From the human T2T-CHM13v2.0 reference genome, Homo sapiens: a DNA stretch of 64,000 bases. How positions within the stretch are numbered: position 1 is the first letter of the stretch; each line of letters begins with the position of its first letter. A model generated the notes under the pieces. The model worked only from the letters and a program-made list of their open reading frames with translations, searched no databases and was not told where the DNA came from. Below are positions 12,551-25,189 of the stretch, in pieces. The DNA is taken from assembly GCF_009914755.1 (NCBI RefSeq), contig NC_060932.1; one strand, given 5' to 3'. The translations under genes and the position numbers were made by a program.

Positions 12551-12556
12551 TTTATT
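12551..12556 (-). terminator. Polyadenylation signal of DEFA1
   Basis: AATAAA on the minus strand ~100 nt after the stop codon. Confidence 0.85.
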
Positions 12557-12656
12557 TGGGATGAGGAAAGGAAATTGAGCAGAAGGTACAGGAGTAATAG
12601 CAATTCCCTGTAGCTCTCAAAGCAAATTTTGAGCTCATTTTTCTTTTTCTGCAAGC

Positions 12657-13521
12657 TCAGCAGCAGAATGCCCAGAGTCTTCCCTGGTAGATGCAGGTTC
12701 CATAGCGACGTTCTCCTGCAATGCACGCTGGTATTCTGCAATAGCAGGCCATGTTTTTCCTTGAGCCTGGGACAGGGAGAGCATGAGAAATTGAGTATGG
12801 AGTTAGCAGTGGGTAAGAAAAAGAATCTCGGGGAAGTCACATGCTAGCTGACCGGTGATGCTGGCTGCACTGCAGCCGGTAGCACGAACAACCTCAGTCG
12901 ATAGGAATAAACACGCAGAGCAGTGCTTGTCACACAGAATTTGAGACTCATTCTCCTTTGCTCTCATTTTTGCATTCCTGCCCCATCACACACACACCTG
13001 AACATACCCGCAGGCTTGGCTGCAGTTTTTAAAAGCTCTTCTGTAGATAGAGTAAAATGTTCTCTTTACAACTAAGTCTACTTGTTTAGATCCAGAAATA
13101 ACTAGTCTGTCTCTTCATATCTTAAACTTAGTGAATTTCACAGACGTTTCTTGGAATCAAGTCTTTGGAGAAATAAAGTTTCTCATGTTTATTTGGCTCT
13201 CTGTTCAATTTCTAGATGAGAAAATCAATGCCCAGAGATTCTAAGTGAAGCCACCTCAGTGACATAGACTGCTGAGACCCAACTCTGGAACCTCTCTCCC
13301 GTCCTTCCCTCTAGACTTAGCAGCTCTGCATGCCTGCCTCTCTCACCTGGATGCTTTGGAGCCAAGCTTTCGTCCCATGCAAGGGAAACAACCACTTCTG
13401 GGATGTCCGCTGCAATCTGCTCCGGGGCTGCAGCAACCTCATCAGCTCTTGCCTGGAGTGGCTCAGCCTGGGCCTGCAGGGCCACCAGGAGAATGGCAGC
13501 AAGGATGGCGAGGGTCCTCAT
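12657..13521 (-). CDS. DEFA1: Neutrophil defensin 1 preproprotein (HNP-1), 94 aa; join(13521-13347,12766-12657); non-coding exon 1 ~14968-14893
   Basis: [58 protein letters not shown]|[36 protein letters not shown]. 175+110=285 nt; canonical splice sites. First mature codon GCC (Ala, 12749-12747) gives HNP-1, not HNP-3. Confidence 0.98.
13200..13300. mobile_element. MIR fragment in the defensin intron (also ~3720-3820, ~25850-25940, ~35750-35850, ~53000-53090)
   Basis: MIR core-like tttctagatgagaaaatcaatgcccagaga..ctaagtga at the equivalent intron position in all five genes. Confidence 0.65.
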
Positions 13522-14239
13522 GGCTGGGGTCACCTGGAGGAGGGAGAGCAGGAGCAGCTGTGTGGGGAGGGAGGAGCCAGCCTGGATTTATAGCTCTACT
13601 GGGAGAAGGCTCGGAGACAAGAAACCTTCCTCAATCTCAGTGAGAGGAGGTGTGCATTTTATAAGAGAGGCCCATTGGTCTCAAGGTTGCTCGAATGCTC
13701 CTGTTCTCCCAGTTTCATGCTAGTATACATCTGTACCTTTAATGTCTGTGCTAGGTTGGAGCTAATAATGACAAGAAAGACCCTGCTATGTTACTCGTGG
13801 GTTCACCTGCTTAAATATTATGATTCACTTTTTAACATTCCAAAAAGAATAGAAATTGCACTTTGATTCAACAGGCTCAGGGAACAAATGCTTCTTATTT
13901 TCTGAAGATGGGTCCTGCTGTTCTCTGGAGGTCTAGATTCTGGTGTCCTATATGAGTTCCAATGGAATAGCGAGTAATTCACTTCAGGATTCAGGTGACT
14001 TACCATCCTCATGAAGAGGTTTTTGAGGTTATGGGGTGAGTAGTCTCCTGTAGGAATCAGGGTGGAGAGGACAATGATTTTATCAGGCTAAAGGTGAAAT
14101 CAGCTCAGTGACACAGAGTGGTTTAAGTAAAAAAAAGAAAGTTTATTATTTCCACCTCTACTTAGACTTGAGTAACAATTAACAATTGTATATTTATAGT
14201 GTACACTACCTCATGATTTTATATATGTATGTATTTAAA

Positions 14240-14630
14240 TCTTTATCTCACACCATGTAGGAACATCAACTCAGAATGAATTGAAAACCTAAATGTAACA
14301 ACTGAAACCATAAACTACTAGAAGTGTATAGAAGGATAAAGCTTTTGACATTGATGTAGGTAATGATTTCTTGGCTATGACACCAAAGGCACAGGCAATG
14401 AAAGGGAAAATAGACAAGTGTGGCTTCATTTAACGCTAAAGCATCTGCACAGCAAAGGAAACAATCAACCGAGTGAAAAGATAACCCAGAAAATGAGAGA
14501 AAATATTTGCAAAACCTACATGGCCGAAGGGGCAAATATCTGAATACATAAGGAATTCCAACAACTCAATAGCAAAAATCAAACAACCTGATTGAAAGAC
14601 AGACCAAGGACCTAAATAGGTTTCTCTCAA
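14240..14630 (+). mobile_element. L1 ORF2 fragment in DEFA1 intron 1
   Basis: atcaactcagaatgaattgaaaacctaaatgtaaca..cacagcaaaggaaacaatcaaccgagtgaaaaga..agaaaatatttgcaaa. Confidence 0.85.
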
Positions 14631-14984
14631 AAGAATGTTCCAAAGACCTGTGATAGTCTCTACTGGACATGTCAACCAGGACATGTGTTTTTAGAAGGAA
14701 ACTGCTTGAGTTTCTCTATTAAGTTAGCTGGAAGCCATCGTCCCCAGCAGTCACCAGAGGTCCGGACAGACGTTCCTAGCAGGGATTCACCCGCTGGGTC
14801 CCTCTGGGGCGGCCCCACAGTCAGAGGTCAGATTGGAGGCATAGCTTCAATGATGAAAACTCAGTGTAAAGTTTAAGTTTTGTAGTACTTACAGATCCTC
14901 TAGCTAGGCAGGGTGACCAGAGAGGGCAGACAGCAGTCCTCTGTCCCAGGTCTTCTATAGCAAGGAGCAGCCGTGCACAAGTGG

Positions 14985-15090
14985 ACTTCCCCTATTTAAA
15001 GGTCTTTTGGGATGAGGTGTCCTAATTTCCGGGGTTACTTTCTGTTGGGTCCATTAAATAATTGTGGTGGCAAGGACAGTTGAGAAATTT
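14985..15090 (-). promoter_or_regulatory. DEFA1A3 myeloid promoter
   Basis: TTTAAATA box 15000-14993; ETS cores GGAAGT (14990-14985) and CCGGAAATT (15032-15024); RUNX-type TGTGGT 15063-15068; overlapping MYB/C/EBP motif GACAGTTGAGAAAT 15075-15088. Confidence 0.8.
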
Positions 15091-15149
15091 GGTGGGAAGG
15101 TGAGGTTAAAGTAGAACTCCACAGAGGAACCTCTCATCTACCTTGGTCA

Positions 15150-18100
15150 GCCCTGGCCAGGCCCAGGCAGCAACCAACTATGGATTCTCAATGGCTCCTA
15201 ACACAGTTGACCCTGTGATGCATTGGCTGTGGCTAAGCTGAACTACCTGCACCAAGGGAATATTTAAAGCCTCTGGGACAACCTGGCTGCGTATCATAGT
15301 ATACGCCCTGCAAAGAGACTAGGATAGGAATGCCACCTGCACACAGAGGAGGATTTGGAATGTGTTTCTAAAGCAGTGTCCCGAGGACCTGAGGTCTAAC
15401 CATAAAAACTAATGAAAGCCATTTGGCTGAGCTGGGATGTTGGAGAACACCCAGGTGAGACTGAGTGCTACCTGGGCTTCTGTTGCTATGTGGAACAGAC
15501 ATTTTTGGGTTCTCCTGAGTACTGGATGTACACGCGGCATGTGGTTCCCCAGAGGTGACTATCACCTGTTTGCTTGGCCAATGAACAGTTTAAGGTTAAA
15601 CAATTGTCTAGGATCATCTGGGCCAGGAACTGGTCTGAGGCATTAGCCATCAGGGTGGGAGTGGCCTTTCCAGATGGCCACCCAAGAAGGGAAGTGGGAG
15701 TCTGGGCATTCACTTTACTGCTGGTGTTGGACAGCCTCTCAGCCCTTGTGGGTCTTCAGAGAAGCATTTAGCAAAAGCTTGAGTGGTGCTTTCTGGGAGG
15801 CATAGGAGTTTCCATCCTTAACTGGTACCCATCGGAGAACAGGCGTATCCCTTAGCCCATGATCCTGTCTGGATGCTTTATGTGAATGCAAGGCTCCAAC
15901 TCTTCAGGCTGCTGTCTGGGTGTGTGCTGCGGCATTGTTAGCCCATTTGGATTGAAGCCTATGCATCCAGAGAACTACCTCCTCATCCTTAAAACACGAT
16001 CTGTGGTTGTGAGGGCTGCTGGTGTTTAAGCATTGGTGCCATGGGACCCATTCAATATCTAAGGGTTGAGTTGCCCACCTTGGACAGAGGTCAGGTTGTA
16101 TTTGGGGTACAGCCCCTCTAACAGGGCTTACAGGGAATTCCCCAGTTTTCCAGTCTGGGGTACAAATTCTGACTAGGGCTGTCTTGTTCCAGCAGCCCTC
16201 TAGGCTGCCAGGCCTGGGTTAAACAGCTACCCCACAAGCCATTTGTACATAAGATACCAAGCAAGGCCAATCATAGAGAACACTGACATCTTGTCACTCA
16301 GGGCTTTCTTCCCAGTGCTTCTATATTGACACTGATGATGGGGTTGGCTGGCACCCACTTTTCCTTGGAGCCTTTCTCCCCCATGGCCACGTTTGGTGAT
16401 GGCACTTCCATATGGTCTTTGCCTGACGTAGTTGGTGTCTCTAGTTTGAAGGCTTCTTCTCCTCGTTACTGCCTCTGACTGCACCCTCGGTGGGTTCTGG
16501 AGCAATAATCCTTACTTCCTGCCAGGAGGAGTAAGTGGGAAATATTAGCTAACCTTTAAAACCGGTAAAAAAGGGAGCTTTTGCCAGAAGCTGCATGTGA
16601 AATGGAGAGGTGTGGTGTAGCAAAAGCCTCGTGGTCCTGCTGGGTGCCAGTGGGCCTGGGGGGTTATCCTCAGAAGATCGTGGTTTACTATCCATCCACA
16701 GTCCATTGTTCAGTACATGTTTGATGTTGAGATGGTGGATGTCTTGTGATGATATGGGGAGGTCTCATTATTGGAGAACATGTAAATGATGTTATCTGTA
16801 AGGGAAAAAAGAAGCTAACTCTTCTGTGATCACCAAGATAGGCACCAAAGTGGGTCTAGCCCAATTGTGATGAGGCAGTGGTGGCCATGGGGTTGAGAGT
16901 TAAAAAAGTGACGGCCCTTGGAAGGACCTTGGTGCCTTGGGTGTCCATAGCACATCCAGAGACATTAATAACCATGACTTTAGGAGGCCACCGTGCTGCT
17001 TGAGGAGGCTGGTGACTTGGGGACGATGGACTAAATGAGTCTCCCTTAACCCACCCTCGTGTTGTGATATCCTGAGGTGGGAGCCTCCATCTGAATCAAT
17101 GATAGGTGTGGTTCTAAAGGAGATAGTGAAGAAATGCCACGTAAAGAGAACACCTGCTCCACGCAGGGCATAAGGAGCTACGGTCCCTGGAAGACTACAC
17201 GTGCAGAAGCTCATAGTTAGGACAGGTGTGCTTTGTCCAGAGGCTCTGAGAGTTGTGGTGGACGGTAGTGAGGGCCTCCCCATGAAACTCAGAACCCGGG
17301 ACCCGGGCATGGTCTAGAATCACCTGCTGGTCCAGCAACAGACTGTATCCTGCTGTGGCCCCAATGGATGTGAAGGGCTTCTGGGTGATGGCATTTGTGG
17401 GCCCCTGCAGAATGGACAAGTGGGGTATAGCTGTCTCCAAAGACACCATGTCCCAGTACATGGAGGGCCTACTGCAAAGTGGCTAGGACACTAGTGGTGA
17501 GGATTTGGTTTTTAACTGCAAGGGGACTTTGTCAGCCCACTGACGACAAATTGATGCCCAGAATCTTTACAACAGTGCTGGAGGGGCCATGAGTGTGTCC
17601 TGCAGAAACCTGGTCACTGTCCAGGAAGAGGGAGAGCGGGTGCAGCAGACCTGCCCGTGTGTCCTGGCCCAGGCGGTGGCTTTACATGCAGCACCCAGAG
17701 CGATTTGGGGAGCTGAGGGAGAACAGAGACCCTCCAGCTGGCTCAGAGTCACGGGTGGCTCCTGTCCCTGGAGGGGTGGCCTTCTCTGCCCCAACCCAGT
17801 CTTGTGCTCTCCTTCCCTGCCATTCTTGGCTGCAGGACTGGGAACCATCTGCTGGGACGTTGCTCTGTGTCTCCCTCATGGCCATGCTCCCATCCTTGCC
17901 TCCTCCATAGACTGCGGTCAGGACTCGGCAGCCCAGAGCCCCAGAAGGGTCTCAGTCTGCGCTGAGGTCACACCTAGGCATTGTCGCCATCCTCCCGCAG
18001 GTGATTCTCAAACTCCAAAACTCAAATTAGAACAGAGAGATTCTTCCCTGTGGTCCTTTTCACCTTTCTCTTTGGGCTGCACCAGAACCTTGGCAGAATT

Positions 18101-18810
18101 TTGTGGTTTAAACAAAAAAGGTGTTATGTCTACAGATTTTTTACAGTACTTTCACTTCCATGTTGATCCATAGTCCCCAACCCCAGCCTGATGTTTTCCA
18201 CTGATTGCAGCCAGTGTAGACAATCAGTGTCCACACTGTGGACACTATATGTAGATGCAGCTGAAGCTGTTTTTTCAGACACACGCATTTGAATTTTAGG
18301 GAATATTGAAGCGAGTCTAGACTCAATAAAAACCTTGACATCATTAGGCTGGGGTAAACATTCTGGAGAAGCTGTGGGTGGGGTTGTAGGTGTGAGAGGA
18401 GAGAAGCTTCCAGGAGCAGCACACATATTCTCACACATGTTTATGGTGTCTGGTGGCCCCAGCAGACAGTGTGTGTGGACCTTGGGCGGGGCCCTGGGGT
18501 TATGGTTTTGACCCAGCAGGAAAGGGTAGTCATGGAACACAGCATGCGTGTTACCATGGGGCACAGCGGGGGCTACGCAGAGGTGAGCTCTGAGGAGGAC
18601 CCTCCACCTCCCAGCTCCTCAGAGTGCATCGTGCTCTCCCTCCCCTCAGCCCTTTGTCCACTGTCCTGCAGGGAGGGTCCTGGTGCTGCCTGTGCCACAC
18701 AGTCACTCCCGGGCCTGCAGATCCAGCTGGGACAGGTAGGAGCTCCAAGTCCCTGCCCTTTGTCTGCCTTTCCCAGCCGCCTCTCACAAGCTGTCTGTGT
18801 GTCTGGTGTT
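15150..18810 (-). mobile_element. Degenerate ERVL-like internal sequence upstream of DEFA1
   Basis: GC-rich decayed coding-like DNA; integrase-like block near 15250-15300; protease-like DVLWTPKAPRSFQGP (ORF 16900-17310). 18170-18810 is homologous to 39740-40350. Confidence 0.4.
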
Positions 18811-18861
18811 GAGGATTGCAGCAGGTTTATTTTACAATAAACCATAAGGAAATAGCTTCCT

Positions 18862-19640
18862 TGAGCTGTTTTAAAATATGTTCCCTAAATTCTTTTATTA
18901 TTTTTTATAGAAAGAAAGGTTTCTGTTCTCTCCTGTTAGGTCTAGGATGGGTAACATTTTGACCAACAGACTACATGGAACTAGATGCCATGCTGTTTTC
19001 TGGGATCAGGCGCTAGTGAACTGGTGTCTTTTTCTATCTCTCTTTGGATGGTGCTGTGGTCTGAGACATTTTTCCTCTGAAATTCATATGTTGAAGTCTT
19101 AGACCCTAGGATGATAGCATTAAAAGAAAGGGTCTTTTTGGAAATGAGGAGGTCAGCATGGTGGAGTCCTCATGAATGGAATGAGTGCCCCTGTAGAAGA
19201 GGTCCCAGAGAGCTCCTTCATTCCTTCCACCAGATGAAGACACAATAAGAAGATGTTGTATATGAACCAAAAAGCTGGTTCTCACCAGACACTGATTCTG
19301 CTGCCACCTTGATTTGGACTTCTTAGCCTCCACAGGGGATTCCGAATGGTGGCAGAAGTTAGGGTGTGGCCATGCGGTGGAGGGTTGGAACAAAGAAGAT
19401 GAAGGGTCACTGTTGTCCCGGAGGACAGAGCGCTGAGAGGTAGTGAGGGTGACCTTCCAGGCAATATTAGAGTAACTTAGTTCACGACATTTTGAATTTT
19501 TTTTAGCAGTCCACATGTGCTTAGAGGGCTGGTGCCTTTGGAGCCCAGATACCATGCTTGGAGGAAGACTAAGCATCCCACAGGGAGAGGAACTGAGCCC
19601 ACCTGCAAGGATGGGCTAGAGAACACTGAGCAACCAGCTT
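18862..19640 (+). mobile_element. Older MLT1 (E/F/G-like) LTR with a nested MLT1A-like LTR (19052-19335)
   Basis: tgttttaaaatatgttccctaaattcttt.. start, interrupted at ~19052 by tgtggtctgagacatttttcctctgaaattcatatgttgaa.., resuming at ccatgcttggaggaag..gagaggaactgag. Same nesting at ~40410-41070. Confidence 0.6.
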
Positions 19641-22600
19641 TCTAGGAAAAAAGAAAACTCTGATTTGCAATGTTTGTAAATTTCTGTGGTTAAAATGCTC
19701 CCAGCTATAGACAGTTTAAGAATCATCACACAAAAACTCCTCTCTCATGAGCTGGCCTGATCTGACCCCAGCACATCACAGGGTCTCATCCTTCAGCTTT
19801 CTCAGAGTTTCCAGCTGAGCCAACACCACCTGCCACCTGTGCACGAGTGTCCTGGCCCTGAAATTTTCAGATCTCAGCAGAACCTCTCCTCTTATGCCCG
19901 TGGAAGGATCCAAACCCCAATTGCAAATGTGTGAGTGAAGACGTGATCATGCTGTTTCAATCCACTACTTTCTGTGGTGTCTTTTCGCACAGTCCTAGAT
20001 GAACAGAAGGCACGGTCTTGGTGAGAAGTTGAATGTGTGCATTTTTTGTGTGTGTAAATCTCAGCCTCTCTATGATATTGTTGAAGTAGGACAGAACCCT
20101 CTCACCTTATTCCCAAAGTGTCACAAAGAGCCCATCTTAATGGCAGCGTGGAATTGTGGACTCTTTGGAGTGACTGAAGAACCCCCGTCACCCATTCTTA
20201 GTTTAAATTCTTCCTGTTCAGAGCAGGGGTGGTGTGGGAGCCAGGTGGAGTGTCAACCTCTCCCCACAGTGACAGACTCAGAGGAGGCCACGGGACTTGG
20301 GGGTTGGCTGGAACAACATGGGAAGAAGTAGGGATTTTCTCCAGGAGATTAGCTACAAAAGTCATAGAGAGATGATGATGATTCACATGGTTGTCACCTG
20401 GGGAGAGAGCCCAAAGTAAGTTCAAGAGAAACAAAGGGAAAAAAAAGGTGAAGACAACAGTGTAACTCATGCTTTGATTTCTTGGATCAAGCAATTCCTG
20501 AAGCTAGAATTCCTCCTCAATTCCAAGATATAGGAGTCAAAATATTAACTTAGCTTGTTGTTGGTTTCTGACATTTGAATTCAAGACCCCATTAAGAGAT
20601 CTGAAAAACATCAAAAATACCAGACTCAGAGAACCTGAGGCAAAGATGGTGCAGTGCACAAGGACAGGAGATGAGAGCAGATGACAAGTGTCCCGGGGCA
20701 GCTTGAGACCAGATGACAGGTGTACCAAGGGCAGCTGGGGCATCAGGCTCCCTGGTGATTCCCATGCACAGCCCCGGGGCAGAATAGCCTTGTTAATGCT
20801 GATCAGCAGGGAAGGAGGGGCAGCTATGTGAGAGGCTGGAAGGACAGCAGGTGAGTCAGGGATGGGGAGCTTCATAGTTGATGTGCAGAAATGGAGGAAT
20901 TCCAGGTGATGGCAGGAGTTAGTGGGTGGCCGTGGGTGGAGGGCTTGGGCAAAGAGGAGGGGGTTCACTGTTATCCAGGATCTCAAAGCATTGAGAGGTA
21001 GTGAGAGTGACCTTCTGGAAAATATTAGAGTGAAAAATAACTTCTCATAATCTTAAGTTTCTTCGTGAGTTACGGGGCTTTTAGCAGCAAAAGACAAAAT
21101 ATGCCAAAGTTCAGAAAAGGGAACAAGTACTTTTCTCATCTCTTACATTCTTGTTGTAAACAGAGTTCAGAATATCATATAAACAGGCACAGAATATCAA
21201 CAGCAACAATAACGAGGCAGTATCCTTTGTTTAAAAGAAAAATTGCACCAGATACTTTTATGAAATGCCAAGGAATTGGTGTTGAGGAATGTCCCAATAG
21301 GTGTTAACTCTTTGCAATAGGGAGAGCAGTTGAACTCAACTCTCTTGAGGCCAAACACAGGAGAGTTTAAGCCCTAGGGTGAGCTGGTGAAAAAGTACTG
21401 GAGGTTGCTGGCAGGAAGGTTGAGCAGTGTGATTGGGCCATCTGTGTTTCCCAATTTGTATTTATGGAAGGTAGGCTCCTATCCTCCCACAGAGAAAAGG
21501 GTACTTTCTTCTTGGAAAATGACATTTCAAAGGGTTAGCTTCATATTTGACTTATTCTTTATTTTCTTCTACTGTATGAGTGGCTTATTTAAGGTAGAAA
21601 TATCTCACTGGCATTCCATAAATGTTCTGTGTGTGTGCATTCCAGTAATAAGCTTTGGGTTTTATTTGAGGCTAAGCAAGTTGCTCCCATTGTTTGGAGA
21701 CCCTCACACCTCTCCCTGCATTCTCTGTCCTTAGTGTTTGCAGCTGTCATCGCGCACCCTAGACTGCAGTAGCAGAATCTTAATGTGGTTCTACCAGTAT
21801 GCCTTTATCAACACAGAGGAGCAGGGATATTCCATCCTCGTCTGCCCCTTTCCCTTAAATTGATGGATGCCTCCGAGAATATCAGCTCGAATTACCAGTT
21901 CATCCTTTTCTCTTGCAACATCAATTCCTCCAAATCCAGCAGACTTAGACCCTGACCTTGCATATCTCTGTCCCTGATACCATTATCTCCAGCAAACATT
22001 CTTCTCTAACCCTCCTTTTAATCTATTCAGTTGTAAACATCTTTATGTTCCGGTTTAAGATACACCATAAAATCTGTCCTTGCCACTCCAAGACAAAATG
22101 ATCTCTTCTTTCTAAAGTCCTAATGTTACTTAAAGCCACATTTTACCAGTGATATTCTCCTATATTTCATTCTTAAAAGATTTTAGTTTTTGAAAGGTCT
22201 GCTGTCACATGAACTGACATACAGAATTTTTTCTTCTGCAGGTTTCAGCTTTTTTTCTATGAAGTTGAGTAATAATAATGCAATTTTGTAATAGTATGTG
22301 ATGTTGGGGATAATTAATAACTCAGAATTAATTTGTTGATCCCCAGCTATGTGTTAGGCAGTCATCTGGGCACTGTGGTACAACAATGAGCAAAACATGC
22401 AGCTTCCCTTCTAGCATAGAGAGACAAATGTTACCGAGAGTAAGTGAAATGTATAGGATGCGAAATGGTTTGAAATGCTACAGTTAGAAATAAAGAGAAC
22501 AAGGAGGATGGAGGTATCCAGGGGAACTTGTGGCAATCTTAAGTTGGGAAATCAAGAAAGATTTCAGTGACCAAGGGATGTTTTAGCTGAGACCCCAGGA

Positions 22601-23870
22601 GCTGGAGGAGTGAGCCAGGTGGACTTCTGGGTGAAGGGCAGCTGCCCCAAAATGAAGTGATCCTGGCCCAGTGGACAGTTAGGAATAATTTGCAGTTAGT
22701 TCAAGGACCACATGACTCCAACTCCAAGGCAGTGACAGGAACCCAAGGAAGGTGGCTTGTTTTTCACCCCCTGAATCATAATATGTGTCCTTCACTGTCT
22801 ACACAAGGGGGAAGATCTGGGAGCATTTATTTTGTCAGACACCAACCCACTGTGTCCTCCTTGAGGTCTGCAGTAGGTTCCCCAGCTGTGCATTGTCTCA
22901 GTGGGGTGCCTGGAACCCTGAGCCGCCCCTTTACACAGGCAGAGCCTCAGTCTGGGACTGAGACCTGCTCGGAATCTGCATGGATTGGATGTGGACAACA
23001 CCTGCTTCCTTCTCCTGGGTGCTGGGCATTTGTGGTTGGTGTTGGTGGTCACAGCTGTGTCTAGACTCATTATATTGTTTTATTCAAGAATGGTGAATAA
23101 TCCACTTGAAACACTATTTCTTCCTTTGCAAACTATGGTCTCTCTGTCACTGTAAGGGTTCTTGGGGCATTTTACCAGTACCACCCAATAAGAGTAGCCA
23201 AGGCTTGAACAGACATATTTTTATTCAAAAAATGTATTGTGGAATCACAAACTAGCACTACTAAATTTAAAGTAAAATAAAGACTCTGGGGCTCACGCTA
23301 GAATACTTCCCGGGGCTCTGGGGCTCACGCTGGAATCCTTCCTGGGCCTTTGTGGTCATGTTCTCATAGGGTATTTGCAGGATATGTTGAACTAGTGTTC
23401 AAGGTTCAATGGGTGCCTAGAGAAGGAAAGAGAAGAGATACAGGAAGGGTCACATCACACCTCAGCAAGATGTCAGCCTGGCCTCAGGGACACCGGTAGC
23501 GACCCTGTCCTCTTGGAGGAGAGGAGAAAGACAGGCTCAGGAAGGTACATACCCAACGTGTGCTGTGCCTGGTGGGGAGGCTGCAGTTGGAGGCAGGACA
23601 ACAGGGGGCGCTGTGGTCTTCCAGGTAATTGCTCTGAGCATCTCAGAGGGCGCTCAACTCCTGGTTCATTCCCTTTCCGCAGACCTGGTTTCCTGCTCAC
23701 TGGCTGATGTGCAGCACTTTCTGAGTATCAGAACCTCAGCGCCCTGCACCACCAGCCGGGACGCAGATTACTTCGATAGCTTTTCCCTCACTTCTGTTTT
23801 CCCGGTGCCCCTTTAAAACTGTATTTTCAGGTAGAATCAGGTCCTCTGCAGTTTTAAGGGAACACAAGAG

Positions 23871-24208
23871 TGTTACCAGATGGAAGATCTTGACTGTGAG
23901 TTGTCCAGATTCTTAGTGCATTGAACAAATAATTCAACAAAACGTACAAACAAAGCAACAAAAGAACAAAGCAACGGAAGACAAACCAAAGCAACATGAG
24001 AATGCAGTAACGAAAGTACAGATTTATTGACACACCACAGAGTGGGAGCCAGTTCAAGCAAGTGGCTCAAGAGCCCCCCACTTAGTGTTTTTATTAAGCT
24101 CAAAGAATTTGGTGTGCTGCCTAATCTTGCCTGGAACTGGCTGCACCTGGTGTTCTTTTCCTTATGCCTTAACCCTTGATTATCCTATTTCCCTATTCTC
24201 CTGTCTCA
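23871..24208 (-). mobile_element. Solo ERV1 LTR (MER51-like)
   Basis: TG..CA termini; minus strand starts tgagacaggagaatagggaaatagg..agggttaagg and contains AATAAA; flanks agag/aggg (near 4-bp TSD); absent from the paralogous sites at ~2350 and ~11915. Confidence 0.8.
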
Positions 24209-24279
24209 AGGGTGCATCTTTCAGAATACAGTTGAGGAATCTGCGTTTTGTTTGTGTGAAGACAACTTTATGAATATGA

Positions 24280-24727
<448 letters not shown>

Positions 24728-25189
24728 CATTACAGCTTTCTTAACTGTTCATTCCAATCTCAATTAAATTTTTTTCAATAGAGCTGTGACAACCCCAGGT
24801 CTTCAAAGGCAGATGTGTGACCTGGGTCTGTTCAATGAAACTCCAACACTTCAGGAAAGAACATGGTGGTTTTTTCCCTAAGAAGTAGCGATGTTATGAT
24901 TGTGTAAACTGAAAGCTGATAATGACTGTTTTTCCTAACACATGGGAGTTACGTTTGAGTGAATCCAATCAAAGTGAAGCAGAGTGAAAAGACAGAGAAG
25001 TAGAAGGAGAAATTGGCAGCATAATTTGTGCTTGTAAATCAGTTTGTGTCTGAAGCCAATGTTTGTCCTTGATATTCTTAGAATTTGGAGTTGTATTTTG
25101 CTTAAAAAGCTTAATTTAGGATTCTGGTGCTTGCATCCCAAAGAGTCTTGACTAAGAGGTGCATTAAACACCAAACAGGTACAAACACA

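Noticed and set aside
12178-12840. 220-aa minus-strand ORF overlapping the last exon of DEFA1
   Set aside because: Alternative frame across intron, exon and 3' flank, running through the poly(A) site; no recognisable domain and not open in the paralogues.
12657-13521. Calling this gene DEFA3 from its position
   Set aside because: The diagnostic codon is GCC (Ala, HNP-1), not GAC (Asp).
13225-13533. Unspliced 102-aa ORF (and equivalents 35791-36078, 53050-53328) as the full product
   Set aside because: These are prepro exons read through into the intron. The 'MTPA' start is a GTG at the exon boundary; the true products are spliced.
17589-18840. Cluster of 90-194-aa ORFs (also 39394-40505)
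   Set aside because: GC-rich, decayed retroviral-like DNA yields overlapping ORFs on both strands; no coherent gene structure.
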